In this document: piece after piece, positions 23,601 to 35,758 of the stretch | Numbering within the stretch: the stretch's first letter is position 1 | Layout of the letters: the number at the start of each line of letters is the position of its first letter | Source: Nemertoderma westbladi | Lineage: Eukaryota; Animalia; Xenacoelomorpha | DNA length: 64,000 bases | Reading direction: 5' to 3' | Assembly (NCBI GenBank): GCA_032718475.1 | Contig: JAUCBJ010001840.1 | Coordinates: 38,302-102,301, forward strand | Notes under the pieces: model-generated | Databases searched by the model: none | The model's input: the letters and a program-made list of their open reading frames with translations, nothing else | What the model was told of the DNA's origin: nothing | Position numbers and translations under genes: made by a program

Positions 23601-26600
23601 ACTAGGTTGTAATGGGGTATTTCTATTAAAAACGATGGGTGTTGAGTAAGAGAAGGAGCGAGCGCCAAAGGATACTAGGTTGTAATGGGGTATTTCTGTT
23701 AAAAACGATGGGTGCTGAGTAAGAGAAGGAGCGAGCGCCAAAGGATACTAGGTTGTAATGGGGTATTTCTATTAAAAACAATGGGTGTTGAGTAAGAGAA
23801 GGAGCGAGCGCCAAAGGATACTAGGTTGTAACGGGGTATTTCTGTTAAAAACGATGGGTGCTGAGTAAGAGAAGGACCGAGCGCCAAAGGATACTAGGTT
23901 GTAATGGGGTATTACTATTAAAAACGATGGGTGTTGAGTAAGAGAAGGAGCGAGCGCCAAAGGATACTAGGTTGTAACGGGGTATTTCTGTTAAAAACGA
24001 TGGGTGTTGAGTAAGAGAAGGAGCGAGCGCCAAAGGATACTAGGTTGTAATGGGGTATTTCTATTAAAAACGATGGGTGTTGAGTAAGAGAAGGAGCGAG
24101 CGCCTAAGGATACTAGGTTGTAATGGGGTATTTCTATTAAAAACGATGGGTGTTGAATAAGAGAAGGAGCGAGCGCCAAAGGATGCTAGGTTGTAACGGG
24201 GTATTTCTATTGAAAACGACAGGTGCTGAGTAAGAGATGGAGCGAGCGCCAAAGGATACTAGGTTGTAATGGGGTATTTTTATTAAAAACGATAGGTGCT
24301 GAGTAAGAGAAGGAGCGAGTGCCAAAGGATACTAGGTTGTAATGGGGTATTTTTATTAAAAACGATAGGTGCTGAGTAAGAGAAGGAGCGAGCGCCAAAG
24401 GATACTAGGTTGTAACGGGGTATTTCTATTAAAAACGATAGGTGCTGAGTAAGAGAAGGAGCGAGCACCAAAGGATACTAGGTTGTAACGGGGTATTTCT
24501 ATTGAAAACGACAGGTGCTGAGTAAGAGATGGAGCGAGCGCCAAAGGATACTAGGTTGTAATGGGGTATTTTTATTAAAAACGATAGGTGCTGAGTAAGA
24601 GAAGGAGCGAGTGCCAAAGGATACTAGGTTGTAATGGGGTATTTTTATTAAAAACGATAGGTGCTGAGTAAGAGAAGGAGCGAGTGCCAAAGGATACTAG
24701 GTTGTAACAGGGTATTTCTATTAAAAACGATGGGTGCTGAGTAAGAGATGGAGCGAGCACCAAAGCATACTAGGTTGTAACGGGGTATTTCTATTGAAAA
24801 CGACAGGTGCTGAGTAAGAGATTGAGCGAGCGCCAAAGGATACTAGGTTGTAATGGGGTATTTTTATTAAAAACGATAGGTGCTGAGTAAGAGAAGGAGC
24901 GAGCGCCAAAGGATACTAGGTTGTAACGGGGTATTTCTATTAAAAACGATAGGTGCTGAGTAAGAGAAGGAGCGAGCACCAAAGGATACTAGGTTGTAAC
25001 GGGGTATTTTTTATTAAAAACGATAGGTGCTGAGTAACAGAAGGAGCGAGTGCCAAAGGATACAAGGTTGTAACGGGGTATTTCTATTAAAAACAACAGG
25101 TGCTGAGTACGAGAAGGAGCGAGCGCCAAAGGGTACTAGGTTATAACAGGGTATTTCTATTAAAAACGACAGGTGCTGAGTAAGAGAAGGAGCGAGCACC
25201 AAAGGATACTAGGTTGTAATGGGGTATTTCTATTAAAAACGATGGGTGTTGAGTAAGAGAAGGAGCGAGCGCCTAAGGATACTAGGTTGTAATGGGGTAT
25301 TTCTATTAAAAACGATGGGTGTTGAGTAAGAGAAGGAGCGAGCGCCAAAGGGTACTAGGTTATAACAGGGTATTTCTATTAAAAACGACAGGTGTTGAGT
25401 AAGAGAAGGAGTGAGTGCCAACGGATACTAGGTTGTAATGGGGTATTTCTATTAAAAACGATGGGTGTTGAGTAAGAGAAGGAGCGAGCGCCTAAGGATA
25501 CTAGGTTGTAATGGGGTAATTCTATTAAAAACGATGGGTGTTGAGTAAGAGAAGGAGCGAGCGCCAAAGGATGCTAGGTTGTAACGGGGTATTTCTATTG
25601 AAAACGACAGGTGCTGAGTAAGAGATGGAGCGAGCGCCAAAGGATACTAGGTTGTAATGGGGTATTTTTATTAAAAACGATAGGTGCTGAGTAAGAGAAG
25701 GAGCGAGCACCAAAGGATACTACGTTAAAAACGACAGTTGCTGAGTAAGAGGAGGAGTGAGTGCCAAAGGATACTAGGTTGTAACGGGGTATTTCTATTA
25801 AAAACGATAGGTGCTGAGTAAGAGAAGGAGCGAGCACCAAAGGATACTAGGTTGTAACGGGGTATTTCTATTGAAAACGACAGGTGCTGAGTAAGAGATG
25901 GAGCGAGCGCCAAAGGATACTAGGTTGTAATGGGGTATTTTTATTAAAAACGATAGGTGCTGAGTAAGAGAAGGAGCGAGTGCCAAAGGATACTAGGTTG
26001 TAATGGGGTATTTTTATTAAAAACGATAGGTGCTGAGTAAGAGAAGGAGCGAGTGCCAAAGGATACTAGGTTGTAACAGGGTATTTCTATTAAAAACGAT
26101 GGGTGCTGAGTAAGAGATGGAGCGAGCACCAAAGCATACTAGGTTGTAACGGGGTATTTCTATTGAAAACGACAGGTGCTGAGTAAGAGATGGAGCGAGC
26201 GCCAAAGGATACTAGGTTGTAATGGGGTATTTTTATTAAAAACGATAGGTGCTGAGTAAGAGAAGGAGCGAGCGCCAAAGGATACTAGGTTGTAACGGGG
26301 TATTTCTATTAAAAACGATAGGTGCTGAGTAAGAGAAGGAGCGAGCACCAAAGGATACTAGGTTGTAACGGGGTATTTTTTATTAAAAACGATAGGTGCT
26401 GAGTAACAGAAGGAGCGAGTGCCAAAGGATACAAGGTTGTAACGGGGTATTTCTATTAAAAACAACAGGTGCTGAGTACGAGAAGGAGCGAGCGCCTAAG
26501 GGTACTAGGTTATAACAGGGTATTTCTATTAAAAACGACAGGTGCTGAGTAAGAGAAGGAGCGAGCACCAAAGGATACTAGGTTGTAATGGGGTATTTCT

Positions 26601-28684
26601 ATTAAAAACGATGGGTGTTGAGTAAGAGAAGGAGCGAGCGCCTAAGGATACTAGGTTGTAATGGGGTATTTCTATTAAAAACGATGGGTGTTGAGTAAGA
26701 GAAGGAGCGAGCGCCAAAGGGTACTAGGTTATAACAGGGTATTTCTATTAAAAACGACAGGTGTTGAGTAAGAGAAGGAGTGAGTGCCAACGGATACTAG
26801 GTTGTAATGGGGTATTTCTATTAAAAACGATGGGTGTTGAGTAAGAGAAGGAGCGAGCGCCTAAGGATACTAGGTTGTAATGGGGTAATTCTATTAAAAA
26901 CGATGGGTGTTGAGTAAGAGAAGGAGCGAGCGCCAAAGGATGCTAGGTTGTAACGGGGTATTTCTATTGAAAACGACAGGTGCTGAGTAAGAGATGGAGC
27001 GAGCGCCAAAGGATACTAGGTTGTAATGGGGTATTTTTATTAAAAACGATAGGTGCTGAGTAAGAGAAGGAGCGAGCACCAAAGGATACTACGTTAAAAA
27101 CGACAGTTGCTGAGTAAGAGGAGGAGTGAGTGCCAAAGGATACTAGGTTGTAACGGGGTATTTCTATTAAAAACGACAGGTGCTGAGTAAGAGAAGGAGC
27201 GAGCACCAAAGGATACTAGGTTAAAAACGACAGTTGCTGAGTAAGAGGAGGAGTGAGCGCCAAAGGATACTAGGTTGTAACAGGGTATTTCTAATAAAAA
27301 CGACAGGTGCTGAGTACGAGAAGGAGCGAGCACCAAAGGATACTACGTTAAAAACGACAGTTGCTGAGTAAGAGAAGGAGCGAGCGCCAAAGGATACTAG
27401 GTTGTAACAGGGTATTTCTAATAAAAACGACAGGTGCTGAGTACGAGAAGGAGCGAGCGCCAAAGGGTACTAGGTTATAACAGGGTATTTCTATTAAAAA
27501 CGACAGGTGCTGAGTAAGAGAAGGAGCGAGCACCAAAGGATACTAGGTTAAAAACGACAGTTGCTGAGTAAGAGGAGGAGTGAGCGCCAAAGGATACTAG
27601 GTTGTAACAGGGTATTTCTAATAAAAACGACAGGTGCTGAGTACGAGAAGGAGCGAGCGCCAAAGGGTACTAGGTTATAACAGGGTATTTCTATTAAAAA
27701 CGACAGGTGCTGAGTAAGAGAAGGAGCGAGCACCAAAGGATACTAGGTTAAAAACGACAGTTGCTGAGTAAGAGGAGGAGTGAGCGCCAAAGGATACTAG
27801 GTTGTAACAGGGTATTTCTAATAAAAACGACAGGTGCTGAGTACGAGAAGGAGCGAGCGCCAAAGGGTACTAGGTTATAACAGGGTATTTCTATTAAAAA
27901 CGACAGGTGCTGAGTAAGAGAAGGAGCGAGCACCAAAGGATACTAGGTTGTAACGGGGTATTTCTAATAAAAACGACAGGTGCTGAGTAAGAGGAGGAGT
28001 GAGTGCCAAAGGATACTAGGTTGTAACGGGGTATTTCTAATAAAAACGACAGGTGCTGAGTACGAGAAGGAGCGAGCACCAAAGGATACTACGTTAAAAA
28101 CGACAGTTGCTGAGTAAGAGAAGGAGCGAGTGCCAAAGGATACTAGGTTGTAATGGGGTATTTTTATTAAAAACGACAGGTGCTGAGTAAGAGAAGGATC
28201 GAGCGCCAAAGGATACTAGGTTGTGACGGAGTATTTTAATTAATAACAACAGGTGCTGAGTAAGAGAAGGAGCGAGTGCTAAAGGATACTAGGTTGTAAC
28301 GGGGTATTTTTATTAAAAACGACAGGTGCTGAGTAAGAGAAGGAGCGAGTGCCAAAGGATACTAGGTTGTAACGGGGTATTTCTAATAAAAACGACAGGT
28401 GCTGAGTACGAGAAGGAGCGAGCACCAAAGGATACTACGTTAAAAACGACAGTTGCTGAGTAAGAGAAGGAGCGAGTGCCAAAGGATACTAGGTTGTAAC
28501 GGGGTATTTTTTATTAAAAACGATAGGTGCTGAGTAAGAGAAGGAGCGAGCGCTGAAGGATACTAGGTTGTAATGGGGTATTTTTATTAAAAACGACAGG
28601 TGCTGAATACGAGAAGGAGCGAGCGCTGAAGGATACTAGGTTGTAACGGGGTATTTTTATTAAAAACGACAGGTGCTGAGTAAG
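20636..28684. repeat. 73-bp satellite array, right part
   Basis: Same unit, resuming in phase after the TSD; contains a 1369-bp duplication and 200-bp (73+73+54) higher-order units. Confidence 0.98.
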
Positions 28685-29186
28685 GTGGCGGGAATGTTAC
28701 GTATTGTTTAATATTAAATTCATCAACAATATTTAAAACATTATACATAATACATGTTACTGTATGTATATTTATATTTTGAATATGTTATATCATTGTA
28801 TAATGAAATGTAAGCCTACATATTGTGCATGTACGTGCATACAGTACTGTCCGGTGTTTGTTTGTGCGCGATTATCACCAAAATGGGGCAGCGTTGAAAG
28901 AAAATATTTGAAATCCTCAACACTATTTCCTATATAAGGTTTTTTAGATAAACTTTCACGATGTCACAACCTACTCATCCCAGTTCCACCTATCTTTAGT
29001 TTAGTGGATTTAGAAAATTAATTTACTTCTAAAACATTTAGAAAAAGGGAGCAGGTTACAATTTTTTTAACAAAAACCAGAAACAAAACTTTATATCATT
29101 TTAGTGGGAGATAACTTCAGAGTTCTCTACTATCTGAACTCTACCTAACTGCCAATATATTAATTTTCTACCTACCCTATACCTAC

Positions 29187-29359
29187 CTCGTACAACGATT
29201 CTTCCCCGTCTGCCACACATTCGCATATCGGACATCCCAACTCGTCCTCCTTCCATCCAAACAGACACTGATCTTCACACTCAGCCGCTACAAAATCATT
29301 TCCACAAGCATCCATACTCTTTCCTTTCAACGATTCCATTTGTCTTTGTAGTTGATCCT
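29187..29359 (-). CDS. Host gene coding exon 2: antistasin-like Cys-rich domain
   Basis: Acceptor TTTTCAG, donor GTAGGT. Encodes CGNDFVAAECEDQCLFGWKEDELGCPICEC, the antistasin C-x2-G-[FW]-x2-D-x2-GC-x2-C-x-C pattern. Phase fits exon 1 (G+AG = Glu). Confidence 0.8.
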
Positions 29360-30071
29360 CTGAAAAGTATAAAATTATGTTCACAACCTGCAATATGGTA
29401 GTAATATAATGTAGGCCTATCATCTACATTGGATATTATTGGGGTCGTTTTGATCACGTTCCTTCATATCAAACCATCCCCCGGGTCTCTTCCCTACAGC
29501 AGGCTCCCTGATTTATGACACATTGGTAGTTTACAACCTCTATAGAAACAGGTTCAGCGTACCCAACAATCTGCTGACAACGTATAGATTTTCTATTGAA
29601 TTGATAACAAGCCACAAACTATGGTTACCCTTAGCGACCAGATTTTTGCAAACTGTTTGAACAAGTTTGCAAAAGACGGGGAAACATATCTAAATGGCTA
29701 GTTAAGTTAGTCCTTTATTATACATAAACAAAGTTGATTGATTCTCCTTATAACACGACGTTCACCACGTCTGTCCGTGTGTAGAATTTCTAAACGTTTG
29801 ATAAACTACATGTGTTCCAAATTTGATTCAGTTTCATCTATGATTAACCGGATTATTTGCGTTCAAACATTTCCAACGACGATAGAGGGTCGTCTAGTTA
29901 TATCACTACGAAAAAGGCTAGACAACATGGCTCGCCCCACATATCAACATAGGCCTACGGTTATTTTGGGGTCCGAGTTAATTGCGCTACGCATCCATAT
30001 GTAGTGTTTATTTTCAGCTAACCATAACTAAGGGCCGCTCATTAAAAGTATTAAAATCGGGACTGACTTAC

Positions 30072-30120
30072 CTATGCCGTAACACATCGAAAACAACACG
30101 AAACTTATCAATAGCTTCAT
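30072..30120 (-). CDS. Host gene coding exon 1: signal peptide
   Basis: ATG then MKLLISFVLFSMCYGI, followed by G|GTAAGT donor in phase 1, compatible with the 29359 acceptor. Confidence 0.72.
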
Positions 30121-30614
30121 GGCTTCACCGACTATAACTCTTTATTTTGCTGCGTAATTATTGCTTCAACTTTATTTTGCAAAAAAATTTGCAAATGTAA
30201 CTAACAATTTCCATTTATATTATTTTCTGTCGACAATTTATAGAAATATTCTTATTCAAACATTGATTTAAATATAAATCCATTAAAAATTAACGCCATA
30301 AGACAAACTACCCGTCGTAGACTTTTATTGGAGATCAGAAATACAAAAACATTATAATATATTTACCCTCCAATTAATATATTAGTGGCCTGATGTTTAA
30401 TGTAATTGAATTCCCACAATATGAACAGCTGTAAAGTACTACTAGCACTAGGTCGAGCGAACTCGGACAAAAATAAAGTTTGAAAAAAGTATCAGCTTTC
30501 ATAAATTTCGCCTAGCTGTAGAAACAAACCGACAGACAAACTGAGGATTTATATATGTATATATAGCTATATAGAATCTGACTAGAAAGCACACCAGTTA
30601 GAAAATAAGTGTTA

Positions 30615-30764
30615 AGTAGAAGGAAAGTCATATGAACTGCCTTGGAATGTATTTCTGCTTAATGAGTATCCCCAGTGCCAATAGTAATAAGATATTATAA
30701 TTAACCAAATCTATTGGATAACCAAATCAATGTGAACAAAACAATTGATCTACACTTAGTAGGT
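30615..30764 (+). repeat. ~150-bp dispersed repeat, copy 1
   Basis: AGTAGAAGGAAAGTCATATGAACTGCC...CACTTAGTAGGTA recurs with few differences at ~51993-52143. Confidence 0.8.
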
Positions 30765-31139
30765 ACTGCAGTCTGTCAAAAGTTTAGAAAGAATCTGAAG
30801 ATTTTATCAAAAATGAGTCAGTCTGTCTGTCGGTATCGGTAGTTTCAGGCTTTGATAAAAACACTAATGAAATTAAACAGACACATAAGGATTATACAAC
30901 AGTATCAGAGTATACGACCACAGTTGACGTTACAGCGGGCCAAGCCTCAAAATGCGAAGGAGATGAACACACTTGTTACAAGACGGACATAGAAAATAGG
31001 TGACTACTGTACTAATAATATTGTAACATTGTAACATTGTAATATTGTAACATGTGTTAAATGTTGTTTATTGTTTTGGTTCCCCCAACACGCCTCTGTA
31101 AGCTGTCCTTTACTAACCTGATCCTTTAAATGGCAAATA

Positions 31140-32555
31140 TCGACCATTACAGTGACTTTAGCGAGTCAGAGGAGTAGTTGTGTCCTGATAATGCTAGACT
31201 ATCGGAACCACTCTATGACGATCAAACAGATAGTGAACCCGAGGACTACTGTTATCAGACCCATGGGTCTGGTTCAGTGGCTCATGCGACCTACCTAAGC
31301 AATGTCACAACGTATACCAATATAGTGGAATGTCAGGTGGTGAAGTATCAAGACCTTGACATTTTTCAATTCAGCGAAGAAGAGTTGCAAAAGGAATTGA
31401 TACGCCAAGACCTCGAGACAGGAGCTATGCACCATCGGATGATGGATAAGGACGCGATGGAACTTGGAGGATATGACCTAACTATGTCCGCGGATGAAAA
31501 AATATCGTTGGAAATGATGGAGGACACAATATGACTAATACCAACGTGACACTTCGAGGTCGGAATGTTGTGGTGTCGACAACCCCCTAAGTTGGAAAAT
31601 AATTACAACCTAGCTTTGAAACGATTGACTGGAGTAAGAGTACGACTGTTAAAGAACCAAGATATTAGGGATAAGTATTGCGCTCAGATTAACAATTATC
31701 TGATCAAGGGATTCGCCGGGAAGGTAGAATACCCCGACATTGAGACGGATCAAACCTACTATATCCCGCACCATTATGTGACCCATCCCGATAAACCAAA
31801 CAAGGTTCGTGTAGTTAACGACTGCGCTGCAGTCTATGAAGGTATGTCCCTCAACTCTGAACTGATGGATGGCCCCAATCTCAATAACTATTTGATAGGG
31901 ATCCTGTTATGCTTTAGACAGCGCCAATTCGCCTTTACTTGTGACATCGAGGCAATGTTCCACCTGGTGAGAGCCTGCAAGGCGGACCAAGACAGCCTCA
32001 GATTTCTATGGTACGAGAACGAAGACCTATCAGGCCCAGTAGTTACGTACCAGATGTACATCAGGATATTCGGCACCCACGACAGTTCCAACGGCACGCT
32101 GTTTGTTTTAAAGAAAACAGCGAAGGCCTAGATTGGAAATTATCCAGTGGACGTGATCGAGTCAATTTTGAGGACCTTCTACATGGACGACGGATTTGAA
32201 TCCAAGGATACTGCAGAAGAAGCCATAGATGTGGCTCACAGCCTACAAGAGTGCCTGGCCACAGGAGGGTATCCGTTGATCCGTTGACGAATTTCACCAC
32301 CAATTTGGATGCTTTATTGGAGTCGTTCCCGGTGAAGGATCGCGGGAGCGGAGACATTGAGTTGGGTGTGGAACCCATTCCTATGGCGCGAGTACTGGGA
32401 CATGGATAAAGTCCAGGTAAGGGTGAGATTTGAGCCCAGTAGCCCAGACAAAACCTTGACTAAGAGGATCTGCTTGTCGATCATGAGCAGACTATTTGAC
32501 CCGATGAACTTTATCAGTCCGGTAATATTACAAGCGCGAATCTGTATGAGGAAAA
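31140..32555 (+). pseudogene. Bel4 left part: decayed Bel/Pao RT
   Basis: YYIPHHYVTHPDKPNKVRVVNDCAA..SLNSELMDGP..CDIEAMF and FYMDDG. The frame ...ARICMRK continues as IWLSELEWD after Bel3. Confidence 0.9.
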
Positions 32556-33095
32556 TGTTGCCGTTATCCCAACACCAGGGGGGGAAAAACGCCGATGCTG
32601 GAGACGTGACTTTACAGACCACCGAGCCCCGGCCAGTCACCGGATATTGATTGTGGAGAAGGAATGTTTTCTGAGATGCAAGTTTGCGGTTGATAAAAAG
32701 CTGCATTAGTTGGATATACTCTTTATTGTAACTTCCTATAGTTGAAACCTGATTAAGAATAATTTTGGGCTTCCCCAAATCAATATACACCAAATATTCA
32801 CAATAATTATACACGATAATATAAATCCAGGCAGCAGGAAGTTGGCCAGGGCCTAATAGTACTCAGGCTAACCTGAATACTGCTTGCATTTTCCATCCCC
32901 CCCTGGCCCTTATAGCTATGAAATTATTCCCGTACCCTGTAAGTTGCCCCAAAGTTCGCCCATAAATCGCCCCCAGTTTATTGAATGTGCCCAAAACCCA
33001 TGGTCCCGCACCCAGTAGTAATATCGGAATAATCAATTTTAATAAAATACAAAAATATTCAACTCGCGTTATGGAAAGTTGAAATACCGCGAACA
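32556..33095 (-). repeat. Bel3 3' LTR
   Basis: 540 bp, repeated at 44178-44716; preceded on the sense strand by PPT GGGGGGG and spacer AC (33104-33096). Confidence 0.97.
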
Positions 33096-33260
33096 GTCCC
33101 CCCCAATGACCTTCGTGAAGTCTGTCGGTCGATTGAGTTTGCGTAGGTCATTCCCAATATAAAAAACCCAAATTTAATATTGCATAGTTTTTAATTAATT
33201 TGGCCTAGAGTTTGTATAAAAATAAATATTCGATAAATGTTCCTGGAATATCCCAATCCA

Positions 33261-35015
33261 CTATTTCTTTCTCTGATACGCCTTTCGTCTCTTCGCCCGT
33301 CGACTCTCATCGATCGCTATGGCTGGTAGAGGAGCGTCAACATCCATCGTGAGTAACGCTTCGGCTTGTCTCCTGGCGGCTCTTCCTTTCGAAGGCATCG
33401 GGATCATGTCGGTTCGTCTTTCCAACTCAGACTTGCGTGCCTCTAGGAACCACTCTCCGTCACCGAACTCCTCTTTATAAGAGTATAATCGTCTAATGAC
33501 TTCAAATGGACCGAATAATCCGGCGCTCAGTAGCAGATCCACGTAATGGAAAGGTAGTGTGGCCGACGTGTGGAGGCGTTCTGGGAAGGAGAAATATCCG
33601 CACGCCATCTCCTGCGTGATATTCCGAGCGTTTCTCCGAACCTTGGTCTTTAAGTGGTTGTTTGCGTATGTTTCAAACATGACCATATTTCCCATAGCGG
33701 TAACGTCTTTGGTTGGACATTTGATATAGCAGCGGGGGCTAGAGGAATGTCCACGGAAACCGCACGTGGTGCAGAGGTTATAAAGGATCGGACAGACGGA
33801 AACGTCGTGGCCCGATGTCGCGCAGTATGGGCAATAGAGTATCCCGAGGAGCTGGAGGCATGAATCGGTAACCCGATTCCTTCTGCCGCGTGGGCACTGC
33901 TCCGAACCACAGTCGCCGCATACCTCCAACTGCATCTCTCGACCAGGAAATATCGGAATCGGGACGCCGACGTAGTATTCGAGTCGTCGGTCGCTCTTCG
34001 GAATATTCTCGGTGGTCGGTAGCCCGCGGAATGCTAGGCTTTTGCGTAATAGGTTCTCGCTCCGATAACCTTCTTTGTGTCCCGCTGGTCTCAACTCGGA
34101 CGACCGTTTCTGGCGGTGGATCCATTCAGTTTGCTCGGCGTACCAACGGGTTAGTCGCATAGGGTCCTGAGGAACGGCGGGTGTAGTAGCCACCGCTGGT
34201 CGGCGAAGAGGTGCCGGGGTTTTAGACGGAGGGATACCGAGGAGATCGTCGGGGGTCGGCGCATCGCTGGGGCCCTCCTCGACCAGTATCGCTGAGCGGG
34301 TCCTTTGGTGGCTGGTACTCGGAATCTCCGACGACCAATCTTCGCCACCCGGGAAAGGATACGGGGATAACCGTTGGCATATGTCGCCGAAGTCGCTCAA
34401 TGCAGCTGTAGTGGCTACCTCCCTCGCGGGGCTACCGGAGCCGCGTGGGGTGTAAACGCCTGCTCTCTTCATCGGTTCAGCCGAGGCAACCCGTTTGGCG
34501 GCCTGTCCATACGCGGCCTCCGGCTCGAGTTGTCGCTTCGGGGTGGAGAGTAGAACACCCTCGTTTAGCCATATCTCTTCTCCTTCCGAAGAGATCAGAG
34601 GCTCCTCCGCACCGAGAAGTTCGGTAATCGTAGGGATGTCGTAAGGTCCGCTCTCGTCCCAGGAATCGATAACGGTGAGCGTTTTAGTCTCTCCCGGTGC
34701 GATGTTCTCGACCGCTTTGAACGCGTGGTGTATGACCTCGTTCCAGTCGTAGTCGACGAAGGAAAGGGGGACCGCCGCAATAAGGTTATCGAGAGTTCTA
34801 CAGATAAACTTAGCGACGGTGTAGCATTCCATAACGACGTAAACGTAGTTCCGTCGATCGGGATTCTCCCATCTTTGGTGTATCGTCCACTTCCGATCAA
34901 CGTCCTTCCATCGACCCTCTCGCTCGCTCTTTATTTCCAATCCCGGATATCCACCGTATATTTTATTATAGTCCCGGAATTTCTGGGGTTTGAAGTCGAT
35001 ACCGCCGTTTAGCAC
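33261..35015 (-). CDS. Bel3 accessory ORF, C-terminal part: end of exonuclease domain, Pro-rich linker, Cys/His knuckles
   Basis: KSGIGYLAVLNGGIDFK..W..YVYVVMEC (ExoIII-like), then CGDC..C and CPYCATSGHDVSVC..CTTCGFRGHSSSPRC. Same sense as pol and inside the LTRs. Confidence 0.8.
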   Translation of the reverse strand: MLNGGIDFKPQKFRDYNKIYGGYPGLEIKSEREGRWKDVDRKWTIHQRWENPDRRNYVYVVMECYTVAKFICRTLDNLIAAVPLSFVDYDWNEVIHHAFKAVENIAPGETKTLTVIDSWDESGPYDIPTITELLGAEEPLISSEGEEIWLNEGVLLSTPKRQLEPEAAYGQAAKRVASAEPMKRAGVYTPRGSGSPAREVATTAALSDFGDICQRLSPYPFPGGEDWSSEIPSTSHQRTRSAILVEEGPSDAPTPDDLLGIPPSKTPAPLRRPAVATTPAVPQDPMRLTRWYAEQTEWIHRQKRSSELRPAGHKEGYRSENLLRKSLAFRGLPTTENIPKSDRRLEYYVGVPIPIFPGREMQLEVCGDCGSEQCPRGRRNRVTDSCLQLLGILYCPYCATSGHDVSVCPILYNLCTTCGFRGHSSSPRCYIKCPTKDVTAMGNMVMFETYANNHLKTKVRRNARNITQEMACGYFSFPERLHTSATLPFHYVDLLLSAGLFGPFEVIRRLYSYKEEFGDGEWFLEARKSELERRTDMIPMPSKGRAARRQAEALLTMDVDAPLPAIAIDESRRAKRRKAYQRKK

Positions 35016-35758
35016 AGCGAGGTAGCCGATCCCGGATTTCGTCGGTTTCTTCCTGCAGGAGCGTTCGCGTAGTCGTTCCGGACGTCCGCCTTGATATCCG
35101 ACCCGATTTTAATGACGTCGAAGTCGAAGAGGATCTTTTGGATTTCCGGAGGCAGCAACCAGATCGCTCCGGCTGCCTGCACTTCCTGTCTGGGTGTCGG
35201 GAAAATTCGGCACACCAGTACCAAACCGTCCAGGGTTCCGAGGACGACGACTAAGGATCGACCGTATTCTTTCGCCCCGTACTTTTCCTGGTAGTCGTCG
35301 CGGTTTTGGATAATCGATACGCGTTCCTCTCGAAGCGTCGCCGTACACTCCGACAGGTTTCCCCAGTGGGCGAGGTACGTACTCTTGTCGTCGACGAAAC
35401 TCTGACATCTCGCCAACGTAATCGCCTTCGAGGTGGGCGTCGCGTTTCCCTCGTTGTCGTAGATCAAACATCGGGATCTGTAGACGCTCTGCCGGAATGT
35501 TTCCCAAAACGACGAATCGTCCCCTCCGGTTGCCTTTGCGTTCCGAGTTCTTTTCAGTCTCGTACTAGCATCGGCTAACCGGAGGGCTCGTAGATTCTTA
35601 GAATCCGGTCCCTCTCGCCCGGTGAATTTAATGACTCGCACGTTCTCATTTAGCAGGGTGCTCCAATTTGTATCAAAGTCAGGGGATCCGGGTTGCGAAT
35701 ATTCCAGTAGATCTATCGTGTTACGTAATTCGCCGATAATTTGGCGATTTGGGTCCAT
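35009..35758 (-). CDS. Bel3 accessory ORF, N-terminal part: DEDDy 3'-5' exonuclease-like (WRN/EXD/MUT-7 type)
   Basis: ExoI-like LIYDNEG; LLPPEIQKILFDFDVIKIGSDIKADVRND matches the LP..L..lL.d..i.KvG..i..D consensus. Confidence 0.75.
   Translation of the reverse strand: MDPNRQIIGELRNTIDLLEYSQPGSPDFDTNWSTLLNENVRVIKFTGREGPDSKNLRALRLADASTRLKRTRNAKATGGDDSSFWETFRQSVYRSRCLIYDNEGNATPTSKAITLARCQSFVDDKSTYLAHWGNLSECTATLREERVSIIQNRDDYQEKYGAKEYGRSLVVVLGTLDGLVLVCRIFPTPRQEVQAAGAIWLLPPEIQKILFDFDVIKIGSDIKADVRNDYANAPAGRNRRNPGSATSLC

Noticed and set aside
5950-28209. About 100 stacked 62-aa ORFs (MALAPSLTQH...)
   Set aside because: Artefact of translating a 73-bp tandem repeat through three frames; not genes.
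6009-28684. CRISPR-like appearance of the array
   Set aside because: No unique spacers, no cas genes, eukaryotic context.
33261-35758. env gene in Bel3
   Set aside because: No signal peptide, furin site or transmembrane segment; nuclease and knuckle motifs instead.
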